From a virus: a stretch of DNA of 64,000 nt. The stretch is from positions 32,001-96,000 of IMG/VR virus record IMGVR_UViG_3300009082_000016. The stretch is one strand, 5' to 3'. Under the pieces are notes generated by a model, which ran no database searches, was not told where the DNA came from, and was given only the letters and a program-made list of their open reading frames with translations. Made by a program: the position numbers and the translations under genes. Shown here one piece after another: positions 18,617 to 27,720 of this stretch (position 1 is the stretch's first letter; each line of letters starts with the position of its first letter).

Positions 18617-19470
18617 CACTCGAACAGGTGAGGTGGGAGGCCTTCCAGAAGGAGGCCCAGTGGGCCTTGTTGGGAAGGCTCCTGGGAGGGGCGGGGAAAC
18701 TGATGGCCCGGGCAGGAAGCCAAGGGGGGCTGCTGGCCCGGATGGGCGGCACCGCGGCCAAAGCCGGCACCCGAATGGTGGAGTCCTCTCCGCTGCGGAA
18801 TCTCCTTCAGAACGCCCCACGAGTCCTGCAAGGGAAACCCTTCCTCTCCCCGCGAAACATGGCGGCCGGCGAAACCATGATCGACCCCCTTGGGCGCATG
18901 AGAACAGGCCAGGCTCTCCCGCTCTGGTTCAAACGCCGCCCCCTTCCGCAGATCGCCCCCCTTCGGCCCAGCTATGAAGGCGTGACAAGGGCGACGATCA
19001 TCAAGCCCCAGACGCCCGTGAACCCGATCGGGCCGACGGCCTACCAACCTCCCACACCGGCCCAGGTCAACCCGCTAGGCAGGACAGTCGGCAGGACGGC
19101 AGTGGGTCCCATGCCTAGCGCCCCCGGGGTAACTCAGTCCAGCATCCCCCAGGTGACGCAAGCCGGGATCCTTCCGCCCGCTCCCACGGTGAGCACGATT
19201 CCTGTGACCCCGCCGATTCCCGGGACGGCCGCGTACAGTCGGAACATGTTCAGCTCGGGCGGCGCCGCCATTCGGGCAGGAACCCTTCAACGATCGATGA
19301 ACAACGTCCTGGGCCCGACCGGAACGGCTTTTGCTCGGGCACCCAACCCCATCGATCAGACCTTCCGCAGCCTTTCCAGTTCGCCCTTGCTCTCCAAGTT
19401 CAACTCGCTCATCGAGCAGGTGGAACAGGCCACCTTCCTCGAGGCGATCATGCGTCAGAACTCCAGATAG
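18613..19470 (+). CDS. Basic Pro/Thr-rich protein with N-terminal FQKEA leader
   Basis: ATGA overlap; leader followed by amphipathic QWALLGRLLGGAGKLM. Confidence 0.6.
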   Translation: MTLEQVRWEAFQKEAQWALLGRLLGGAGKLMARAGSQGGLLARMGGTAAKAGTRMVESSPLRNLLQNAPRVLQGKPFLSPRNMAAGETMIDPLGRMRTGQALPLWFKRRPLPQIAPLRPSYEGVTRATIIKPQTPVNPIGPTAYQPPTPAQVNPLGRTVGRTAVGPMPSAPGVTQSSIPQVTQAGILPPAPTVSTIPVTPPIPGTAAYSRNMFSSGGAAIRAGTLQRSMNNVLGPTGTAFARAPNPIDQTFRSLSSSPLLSKFNSLIEQVEQATFLEAIMRQNSR

Positions 19471-19550
19471 AGCAGCGGCGGGAGGCGCCGTGATCCGGGG
19501 GGAGCAGAAGACGGCACCTCTCCGCCGCCGGGGTCAGAATACCACGAAAT

Positions 19551-20018
19551 CTAGCGGAGCCAAACCGGGGGCTTGACCGTCTCGCCGACGGTGGTGATGC
19601 TCCGAAGGGCCTGCGCCTGTTCGGGCGGCAGCACCTTCAGACGGGCAGCAAGTCGCTTCGCCGCAGTAGGCAGCGCCGGCGGAAGAACACCCGCGGCCCG
19701 AGAGAAGAAGCTGCCCATCGGCAGCGGGCCCGCGTACTTCAGGAACTCCTCGACGAAGGTGTTGAACTCGACGGCGGCTTCCTTGTGCGTGTGCTGCCCC
19801 TTCTTCCGACGTTCCGAAGCAGTGCGGGCCAAGGCCTTGGCCAACCGAGCCGCCCCTCGCCCCCGCCCGACGGACTTGAAGGCCTTCGGTGTAACATCCG
19901 TGGCAACGACATCCCAGGGGATATCGTCAAAGAGTCCAGTCAGCGGGCTGCCCCGCCGGAGACGCCCCACGCCGTGCAGGCGGCCGATTCCCTTTCCAAC
20001 GGCTCGAAGTTCACCCAT
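19551..20018 (-). CDS. Basic protein with K-x-A motifs
   Basis: Starts 2 nt after the upstream stop; HKEA, EEFLKYA. Confidence 0.6.
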   Translation of the reverse strand: MGELRAVGKGIGRLHGVGRLRRGSPLTGLFDDIPWDVVATDVTPKAFKSVGRGRGAARLAKALARTASERRKKGQHTHKEAAVEFNTFVEEFLKYAGPLPMGSFFSRAAGVLPPALPTAAKRLAARLKVLPPEQAQALRSITTVGETVKPPVWLR

Positions 20019-20020
20019 CG

Positions 20021-20725
20021 CTATTGTTCTACCTCAGGTTGGCTAGCCGCCTGCTTCACCCCACTCGCCAAATCCCACTTGTCTCCCACCCGCTTGGTGA
20101 ACTTGAACAGCGTCGGCTTTCGCTTGATCCCGTGACCGACAGCCTTCTCCTTGTTGATGAGGAGCTTGCCGTCCTGCTTGGTGACCTCGTACGGTTCCTG
20201 CTTCTCTCCCCTGAAGGTGCGCGGACCCGTACACGACTTCAGCTCACCGTGCTGCCTGCTGTGGAAATGCCACGGAACGGACCCGACGGGGAACCCCCTA
20301 GCAGCTAGCTTCAGACTGCCGCTGCGTACCTGCTGCTTGAGGTCGCCAAGGCTGATCTGGCGGATCTTACCGATCGTGATGTGGTGGTGCTTGGCACTGC
20401 GTAGGACGTCCCGCTTCGTACCGAAGTTGAGGTAGACCTTGTGCTCGTCGAACTTGGACGGGTCGTGCCAGTCCATCTTGTCGACCACGTAGGCCCGGCG
20501 CGAGTTCTTGTTGGGGCCGACGAACACGTCGAGTGGATCCTTGTCCGCTCCCATCGTTCCCGGGAACGAGCCGTAGTTGTGCGTGTATCGTTCCCGCTTG
20601 TTGATGAACAACGTCCCGATGGGCCGCTCGATGTTGATATTCAGCCCGTGAATACGGGTCTTCCACCGGGTGACGTCACCTTCCCAGGCTGTCTTGAGGA
20701 ATGCCGACTTCTCGGCTAGCCCCCG
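20021..20725 (-). CDS. Inorganic pyrophosphatase-like (InPase) domain; probably the -1 frameshift extension of the upstream gene
   Basis: HGLNINIERPIG...YGSFPGTMGADKDPLDVFVGP...FDEHKVYL; the domain begins upstream of the first available start codon (TTG 20611). Confidence 0.75.
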   Translation of the reverse strand, partial: RGLAEKSAFLKTAWEGDVTRWKTRIHGLNINIERPIGTLFINKRERYTHNYGSFPGTMGADKDPLDVFVGPNKNSRRAYVVDKMDWHDPSKFDEHKVYLNFGTKRDVLRSAKHHHITIGKIRQISLGDLKQQVRSGSLKLAARGFPVGSVPWHFHSRQHGELKSCTGPRTFRGEKQEPYEVTKQDGKLLINKEKAVGHGIKRKPTLFKFTKRVGDKWDLASGVKQAASQPEVEQ

Positions 20726-23703
20726 AAAGGGCTTCCGCCGCCCTGTTGCATCGCCATCTCCTGCATCGCCTGCTGCTCGAGCTGGCGACGGCGGCGATTG
20801 CGGGCACGCTGCGCGAGCGCGTAGCCGGTGACACCACCGGCGACGCCGCCGAGCGCGGACATCTCCGGCATCGGGGTCGCGCCGTAGAGCTTCTGCAGGA
20901 GCGGCAGGGCCGCGGCGCCGGCGAGGGCGCCCCCGCCCGCGGTCAGCATCGGGTGACGCTCGGCGAACCCCATCTGCTCCTGGGCCCGCTTGAGGAAGGC
21001 ACCGTGCTTCGCCTTCCCCCGCGCCCGCTGGTAGGACTGCGACACCGCCGACGTTCCGAGCATCCCGCCGAGACCGCCGGCGAGGCCGGACGCGGCACCC
21101 GTGAACACAGGGTGACGACCGGCGAAGGAGAGGTGCTTGCGGATCTTCTCCTTCTCCTTCTCCGTCATCCCTTCCTCGAGCGAGTGACGCAGGACCGAGC
21201 CCGCCGCTCCACCGCCGATGGGGCCTCCCGCCCAGCCGCCGAGGAATCCGGTGGCCATCGGATGCCGCTCGACCCAGCCCGCCTCCCGGGCCTGCTTCTC
21301 GCGCGTGAAGTCGGCGAACGAGCCCTGCTTGTAGTAGGACTCCGGCGACTTCTTGCCGAACAGCGCCTTCGCGCCCCAGAGACCCGCCAACGCGCCACCG
21401 CCGATCAGGCCGGCGCGAGGAAGGGCCTTCATGAGGGGCTCACCGACGCTCTTGCCCACGAGACGGGGCCGCCTGGCGATGTACCCCGGGGTCTTCTTGA
21501 TCTCCGCGTCGATCGCGGCGCGAGCCGCATCGCGGGCCTGCTGGTCCACGATTTTCGCAGGCATCCCACGAGCGTCGCGCATCGCACCCGTCGGCAGGGC
21601 CTCACGCTCCGCCCACAGGTTCTGCAGTCGCTCCAGCTCACGGGCCTCCAGTCCCCTCTGGGCCTTCCGCCCGACGTGCGCCCCCACGCCCAGGGCCGCC
21701 GCACCGGGGAGGATGCCGATCTCGCGGTCCCGGATCTCCCTCAGGGAGTTCGGCGCCGGAGTGCCGTACTGCGCGTACTTGTACTTCGCCTCCTGGAACG
21801 ACCGCTCCTGCAGGTTGCCCAGGATGGACTCGAAGTCCTCGAGTCCGGCCGTACGCGTGGTCGGGGAGGGGCCGATGCTTCCGCGGGTCGCGTCTCCGGT
21901 GCTGGGGCTGGCGAACGTGGTCGGCTGGCCCGTGACACCGGCGCTCGAACCACCACCCATCGTCATGGGGACGGAGGTGGCTCCACCGCCGGCCGCGCTG
22001 GCAACACCACCGCTGGGCGAACCGACGGCGACCTTCGTGAGCATCGCCCGCTTCTCCGCCATCTGCGGATCGAACGCCGCCATGCGCCGCATGCCGGGCG
22101 CGTACGGGTCCATGCCGCGAGAGATCGGCGACGGGTGCCCACCACCCATCCGGCTGTGACTGAGCTCGTGGCCCAGCACGCCCGAATCCCCACCGCGGGA
22201 GATCGACGCCGGGCCACCGCCGCGCATCCGGCGGTAGATCTCGCCCGCGCCGAGGCCGAGGCCGCCACCGGCCGCCGCGCCGCCCGCGATCGCCAACCCG
22301 CGGCGCTTCTTGTCCTTCATGCCCCGCGTCGCCAGCGCCGTACCGGCGCCGCCGGCCACCGCGCCGCCGAGACCGCCGATGACCCGCGGGTCGGAGAAGA
22401 ACGAACCGATGTCGCTGCTGCTGAGCGCCTGCTTCTTCATGGTCATCCTCGCCTGCTTCTGGAACGACGCCTGGACCTTCATGCCGCCACCACCGGGGAC
22501 GGCAGCCTTGGCCACTTCCGTGGGGGCCGGAGCGGCCGGAGGCGGAGCGGCAGCCACCTGCGGGGCAGCCGCAGGCCCGGCGGCCGCAGGAGCCGGGACG
22601 GGCGCAGCAGCCGGGCCCATCACCATCGACTCGTAGTTCGGGGCCCCCTCCGCGTTCAGCGCGAGCATCTGCTGCAACGCCGGCGTGCCGAGCTGCTGAC
22701 CACCCTGCTGGAGGGCCTGCGCGGCCGCCTGCGGACCGAACAGGGCCGTCATCTCCTGGAGGGCGGCCTGGGACGGCCCACCTTGAGCCGCGGCGTTCGC
22801 GGTCTCGGGCCCCATCATTGCCTGCAGGCCCGCCGCACGGCGCACGGCCTCCAGGGACTGGGTCTCGTCCGTCAGCCCGGCCGCCGGAGCTTCTCCCCTG
22901 GCCACAGGGCCGCCGAAGCCGCCCTGATCGAACCGGCTGGGCATGTCCATGGGCGAACCGCTGGCGTAGCCGCCGCCCATGCCCTGGATGGCGGCCGCCA
23001 GGCCCGGGTCCATGCCCGTCGGGGCCTGCGGCGCGTTCATCGCGCCCATCAGGCCCTCGAGCTGGCCCCGCTTCTCCCGCGGGATGCCCAGGATTTCCTC
23101 CACCACCGAACGGGCCTGCGCTTCCTTGACCGCCCGCGGGGAGAACTCCCCGAGCTTCTGCTTCCTGAGGTTCCGGGGAGCCGTCGGGTTCTGTCCGGTT
23201 CGTTCCACGTGGTGCTCCTTGAGGCCGGGAAAGCGTGCATAGACCTTCGAGCGTACCGTGGCCCGCTCCGCAGGCGTACCGTGCTGCGACACCCTGGCCA
23301 AGGCGTTGCGGGCATGCGGTGCGTCGTGGATCGGGTACTTCTCCTGCTTGGGAAGCGCGAAGTTCTTCGGCTTGATCTTCTCCCGACCGGCAGCCGTCAG
23401 GTTTGCAGCTTCCTTCTGCATGGCTCCGAGCGTACCACGGGTCAGCGCGTCCTGGGAAGCCCGCCACAGGTCGTAGTTCAGGGAGCCGGTCTTGAGCGAC
23501 TTGTACTCGCTCTTCGGCTTGTCGAACTTCGCCTTCGCCTCGCGCTTCCCCTGGGGGGTGCCGAAGCCCTTGGGCGCCTGCCCCTTGGCGTGCGCCTGCT
23601 GCGTGGCGACGGCAAAAGCGACCGACTTCGCCTTCTTCGGTGGGTACGTCTCCTTCATCGAGGGAAGGAGGTGCATAGCCCGGTCGTGAATGGCCTTCGG
23701 CAC
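20716..23703 (-). CDS. Large multi-module putative internal virion polyprotein (995 aa) with DUF6582-like domain and glycine zippers
   Basis: GTG start with SD AGGAG; FALPKQEKYPIHDAPHARNALAR motif; more than 10 K-x-A/G sites. Confidence 0.7.
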   Translation of the reverse strand: MPKAIHDRAMHLLPSMKETYPPKKAKSVAFAVATQQAHAKGQAPKGFGTPQGKREAKAKFDKPKSEYKSLKTGSLNYDLWRASQDALTRGTLGAMQKEAANLTAAGREKIKPKNFALPKQEKYPIHDAPHARNALARVSQHGTPAERATVRSKVYARFPGLKEHHVERTGQNPTAPRNLRKQKLGEFSPRAVKEAQARSVVEEILGIPREKRGQLEGLMGAMNAPQAPTGMDPGLAAAIQGMGGGYASGSPMDMPSRFDQGGFGGPVARGEAPAAGLTDETQSLEAVRRAAGLQAMMGPETANAAAQGGPSQAALQEMTALFGPQAAAQALQQGGQQLGTPALQQMLALNAEGAPNYESMVMGPAAAPVPAPAAAGPAAAPQVAAAPPPAAPAPTEVAKAAVPGGGGMKVQASFQKQARMTMKKQALSSSDIGSFFSDPRVIGGLGGAVAGGAGTALATRGMKDKKRRGLAIAGGAAAGGGLGLGAGEIYRRMRGGGPASISRGGDSGVLGHELSHSRMGGGHPSPISRGMDPYAPGMRRMAAFDPQMAEKRAMLTKVAVGSPSGGVASAAGGGATSVPMTMGGGSSAGVTGQPTTFASPSTGDATRGSIGPSPTTRTAGLEDFESILGNLQERSFQEAKYKYAQYGTPAPNSLREIRDREIGILPGAAALGVGAHVGRKAQRGLEARELERLQNLWAEREALPTGAMRDARGMPAKIVDQQARDAARAAIDAEIKKTPGYIARRPRLVGKSVGEPLMKALPRAGLIGGGALAGLWGAKALFGKKSPESYYKQGSFADFTREKQAREAGWVERHPMATGFLGGWAGGPIGGGAAGSVLRHSLEEGMTEKEKEKIRKHLSFAGRHPVFTGAASGLAGGLGGMLGTSAVSQSYQRARGKAKHGAFLKRAQEQMGFAERHPMLTAGGGALAGAAALPLLQKLYGATPMPEMSALGGVAGGVTGYALAQRARNRRRRQLEQQAMQEMAMQQGGGSPFGG

Positions 23704-23711
23704 GGCTTCTC

Positions 23712-26700
23712 CTACGCCGGCGGACGAATGTTGGTCATCGTGTACTTGATGCGGATGCCGTACAAGTACTCTTCGGTCGGTTGCCCGCCAGCCTGATTCT
23801 TCGCGGAGCGCACGCGCACGTAGTACTGGCTCCGCGTCTCGGAAGCCACAACGTGAGCGCACGCACCGACGAACGTCTGGAAGTTGGTAAGCGCGGGAAC
23901 GCCGACGCTGACCAAGGCCTCGACGATGGGCGGGTCCGCGAGCGGAACGGAGGGGTGGTAGGGGGACGGACCCGGGTGCGTCTGCCATCCATCCGGCGCC
24001 GCGCCAACCGGGCGGGCGATGAGCTGGGCCCTAGCCTGGGCGCTGAACGCACCGTCCGCCGGAACACCAGTGATGGAGGCGTACTGCAACTCCAGTTCCG
24101 TGACGATCGCGCCCTCCGGCAGATGGACCGGGAAGATGATCTGCTGATCCTCGTGCTCGTCGGCGGAATACCCGGCGTTGAACGTGATCGACCAGTACGT
24201 GGCGGGGGAAGGGTACTGCGGGTTGCGGTAGAAGAACTTGTACACCCAGTCGTTCGTCGCCGCGTCGTTGGGCTCCGGCAGGATGCCATCCGCCAGGTTG
24301 ACGTGGTGGTACAAGGTCCTGGCCGTAGGGGAGAACCGGTGGTCCAGCCCGTCCACGTTTCCGACGGGGGCTCTGACGTCACCCGCCGTCGCCTCGATGT
24401 CCCCGGTGTCGGCGATGATGTCGCCACCCGTCGAGGTGATGTCGGTGGCCACCTCGACCTCGCCCATCTTCATCAGGCCGTCAGCAAACGCCTCGATGAC
24501 CTCGTTGTAGTAGCCACCCGACGCCCACGCCCGGACCGACAGCACCTTGTCCGGCCCGACGGGCACGCCACCGATGTCCGGAAGCAGACCCGTCCAGTCC
24601 CGGCCGTACACGGAGAGGCCCGGCAGCTGGCTGTAGCCCAACGAGAGCGGGAACGGCGGCCCGGCGACGGGCTCGGGAACGTGCAAGCGCAAGCCGTCCC
24701 CGATCCGCACCGGGGTACCGGCGTCAACAGACACCATGTTGCCGGCCTGGTGCAGCCGGGGCCGGAGAATGCGGCAGGTTCCCCCGGGCACGAGATCCGC
24801 ACCCGACTGGTCGCCGTCGATGCGGATCAGCTGGGCCGTGACATTGTCGATGAAGTGGTGGATCGTCCAAAGCGACGTGGTCTTGGTCACCGCGTTGGTG
24901 AACTCGACCAGGTCGTGGCGAAGGAAGAGATCGGTGTCAGGAAGATTCCCCCACCGCTTCCCGCCACCAAGTACCAGCAGGGGCGGGACAGCGGCCGTAC
25001 AGGGGTTTCCGCTACTGGCCACGTCCATGATCGTCGCCCGGCTGAAACCCACAGGCTGGACGTGCAGGTAGGCGGCGAAGCCCGTCTTCGTGGCGCTCGA
25101 AGGCCCACCGTCATCGACCTCATCGTACGCGGCAACGGCACTGCTGCCACGGCGGTTGAACTCCAGATGCGCCTCCGCGTCCCACGCGCTGAAGGTGAAC
25201 AGCGGGAAGTCCAGAAGGGATGCGGCCAAGATGTGAAGGGCCGTCGGCTGCGTCAAGCCGTCGTAGCGCATGGAGAAGACGCCACGGAGAGTACCCACGG
25301 CGGTCTTCTGGTAGCCCCGCAGCAGCCAGAAAGACTCCCCGTTGATGAGCTTCAGCGGGATGCTTTCGGTCCCGCCACTCTTCGTGCCGATCAGTGTCAT
25401 CATCCCGGGGATGCTCTGGCTGGGACCCGCGATACCGGTGGTGTCCAGCACGATGGGCCGCACGAACCGGACGTACCCGTTGGCCGCGGGGAGCTCGGAG
25501 CTGGTGACCCGCCCATCGATCGTCAGCAGCGTGGCGATCTGACCGGCCGGATCGAGCGCCTGGATGAAGTAGACGCCCAGCAGGTCTCCGACCGCGCCGC
25601 CGGTCTTGTCGTAGACCTCGACCATGTCGGTCCCGATGATGATGTCGGTGTCCCCCGTGCCGGGGTTCAGCCATCGGTTTCCACCGAGCAGATCGATCTT
25701 CCCCGCCCCGCCGCCCGGCTGGAACTCGTTGTTGATCGGCAGCCGGCCGAGAACCGTGTCCCCCGTGAACTCCATGGCCATCAGATGGACGAAGCCGTAG
25801 CCCGCGTGGCGGTTCCCGGCACCGCTGTCCTCTTCGCAGGCGACGACGAAGCCGGTCTTGATGCGCGGTCCAAGGGGGAAGAGGCTCGCGCCACGGAGGT
25901 CGGCGAAGAACATCGCCCCCAGGCCGTCGTAGTCGTACGGGCTGTTGGGCCCCCCGCCGGGCGTCTGCGGCATCCGGCCGACGATGGTCGGCGTGAGATC
26001 CCGAGCTCGGCTGACCTCCTTCACGAGCTCCCGAACGGTGCCCGCGTCATCCCGGTTGCTCGCACGATCGAACGACCCGAACAGGAGACAGATGTCCGAT
26101 CCGCTGTAGTCGAACACGCGGTCGAACTCGACCTGCGGCGTCAGGGCAACCGTCGTCAGGTAGATGACGTCACCAACCTGCCAGTCCTGCGCTGCGACCA
26201 AGTCCCAGTCGGTCGTGAGAAAGTTGCCGGCGCCGGCCACGTGGTTGTTGACGACGGCGAACGCCTTCCAGAACTGGTCCCGCTGGTTCTGCGCCAGACG
26301 CGCCAGGCGAGAGTAGTTGAACAGACAGAGCTGGGCCAAGGAGACGAGGTCGGTATCCGGGCCGCCGACATCTTCCTCAGCGAGACGGCACTTCCTGCCG
26401 TCCATCCAGTCGAACTCGATCACCTTCCCGCACTTCCCGTCCGGGAAATAGCCAGGGCCGGGCAGGGCAAGCGGGTACAACGAGAGGCCGCCACTGTCCT
26501 GGACGTCGATGACGGTCACCAGCTGCAGGTCGTTGTCACGAAGCGGAACCCAGTTGTCGTCCCCGAACTTGATCAGGGCCGCAACATACTCCTTCGCCCC
26601 GGCCGACGCGGTCCCGGGGGGGCCAAGGTACACGAGCTGATCGTTCGACGGGCACGTCACACCCCAGGTGGCGTCGGCCAAGTTGACCTTGGAAACGGAC

Positions 26701-27023
26701 CCACCAGGGCCAAGCAGGCCGTAGACCCGCTGCATGACGTAGCGCGGACGGTCGGCCAGCGAGTCGATGGAGCTGTGCAGCGCGTAGAGCGCCCGGTTGA
26801 CCGTCTTCGACTCGACGTCCTCACCGAAACCGATGAGGGTCGTACCGGCAGGGTACGTCGTTCCGGGCGGATTCTCGGGAAACCCCTTCGCAGGAGGCTC
26901 GCCGATGTACGGGCGCCGGTTGGCATTCGGAGCGCCCTCGTAGCGGGTCACCAGGTTGTCGGTGTCTCCGGCAGGGACGTGACGATGGATGAAGCCGGGG
27001 TAGTTCTTGGTCGGAAACGTCAT
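23712..27023 (-). CDS. Tail fibre/baseplate-associated structural protein
   Basis: 1103 aa, beta-rich, internal duplicated module, in the baseplate operon. Confidence 0.65.
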   Translation of the reverse strand: MTFPTKNYPGFIHRHVPAGDTDNLVTRYEGAPNANRRPYIGEPPAKGFPENPPGTTYPAGTTLIGFGEDVESKTVNRALYALHSSIDSLADRPRYVMQRVYGLLGPGGSVSKVNLADATWGVTCPSNDQLVYLGPPGTASAGAKEYVAALIKFGDDNWVPLRDNDLQLVTVIDVQDSGGLSLYPLALPGPGYFPDGKCGKVIEFDWMDGRKCRLAEEDVGGPDTDLVSLAQLCLFNYSRLARLAQNQRDQFWKAFAVVNNHVAGAGNFLTTDWDLVAAQDWQVGDVIYLTTVALTPQVEFDRVFDYSGSDICLLFGSFDRASNRDDAGTVRELVKEVSRARDLTPTIVGRMPQTPGGGPNSPYDYDGLGAMFFADLRGASLFPLGPRIKTGFVVACEEDSGAGNRHAGYGFVHLMAMEFTGDTVLGRLPINNEFQPGGGAGKIDLLGGNRWLNPGTGDTDIIIGTDMVEVYDKTGGAVGDLLGVYFIQALDPAGQIATLLTIDGRVTSSELPAANGYVRFVRPIVLDTTGIAGPSQSIPGMMTLIGTKSGGTESIPLKLINGESFWLLRGYQKTAVGTLRGVFSMRYDGLTQPTALHILAASLLDFPLFTFSAWDAEAHLEFNRRGSSAVAAYDEVDDGGPSSATKTGFAAYLHVQPVGFSRATIMDVASSGNPCTAAVPPLLVLGGGKRWGNLPDTDLFLRHDLVEFTNAVTKTTSLWTIHHFIDNVTAQLIRIDGDQSGADLVPGGTCRILRPRLHQAGNMVSVDAGTPVRIGDGLRLHVPEPVAGPPFPLSLGYSQLPGLSVYGRDWTGLLPDIGGVPVGPDKVLSVRAWASGGYYNEVIEAFADGLMKMGEVEVATDITSTGGDIIADTGDIEATAGDVRAPVGNVDGLDHRFSPTARTLYHHVNLADGILPEPNDAATNDWVYKFFYRNPQYPSPATYWSITFNAGYSADEHEDQQIIFPVHLPEGAIVTELELQYASITGVPADGAFSAQARAQLIARPVGAAPDGWQTHPGPSPYHPSVPLADPPIVEALVSVGVPALTNFQTFVGACAHVVASETRSQYYVRVRSAKNQAGGQPTEEYLYGIRIKYTMTNIRPPA

Positions 27024-27033
27024 CGGCTACACC

Positions 27034-27720
27034 TCAGACCCGGTACGTCCACTGGACCTCGAGCTCGTAGTCGACCGCTTTCACCACCGGCCGGAAGTTC
27101 TCGTAGGACGAAGCCGCGATCTTCATGTCCGCCAGGGAGAGCTCCTTGAAGTTGCCGCCGCCGTCGTCGATGTACGGGTACATGGCAGCCTCGGTGATGG
27201 GCACGTCGTCCCCGCCGTAGGCGTTGTTGATCTCGCCGACCGTCCAGAGCGCCGTGTACTTGACCCAGACCTGGAATCCGGGAGCCGGCCCGACCGGCGC
27301 CGAGTAGGTCACCGACAGGATCGGCTTGGCGTAGACGCCCCCCGAAATCAGGGCCGGAACTTCGAGCCCCGTCTTCGTGACGTCGGTGTCGTCCTGCAGG
27401 AACGTGGCCAGCGGGTCGACATTGGCGATGACCCAGGCCTGATCGGCGGGAGCGGACTGCTCGCGGCCGCCACAGCCCAGGCCCATGAAGGCGATGCGGC
27501 GGTCGAACGTCGGGGGCGGGATGGGGTCTCCCGCCGCGATCGGGTAGGCACCCAGCGAGATCTGCTGGATCAGCCAGTCGCGCCCCACGTTGAGGAAGAT
27601 GTTGTGGCCCTTGTGCTGGTCGACCACGCGGCCCTTGTGCAACGTCCGAACTCGGACGTTGGCCACGATCGGGATCGTCTGCTTCAGATTCCGGCTGGGC
27701 TGGCGGCGCATCGTGGTCAT
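27034..27720 (-). CDS. Baseplate/tail-fibre attachment protein
   Basis: HNIFLNVGRDWL, ITEAAMY and K...LEVQW patterns typical of myovirus baseplate-proximal proteins. Confidence 0.6.
   Translation of the reverse strand: MTTMRRQPSRNLKQTIPIVANVRVRTLHKGRVVDQHKGHNIFLNVGRDWLIQQISLGAYPIAAGDPIPPPTFDRRIAFMGLGCGGREQSAPADQAWVIANVDPLATFLQDDTDVTKTGLEVPALISGGVYAKPILSVTYSAPVGPAPGFQVWVKYTALWTVGEINNAYGGDDVPITEAAMYPYIDDGGGNFKELSLADMKIAASSYENFRPVVKAVDYELEVQWTYRV

Noticed and set aside
23704-23988. ORF-track start of the 1090-aa protein
   Set aside because: It overlaps the upstream gene by about 280 nt, whereas GTG 23703 has an SD directly after the upstream stop.
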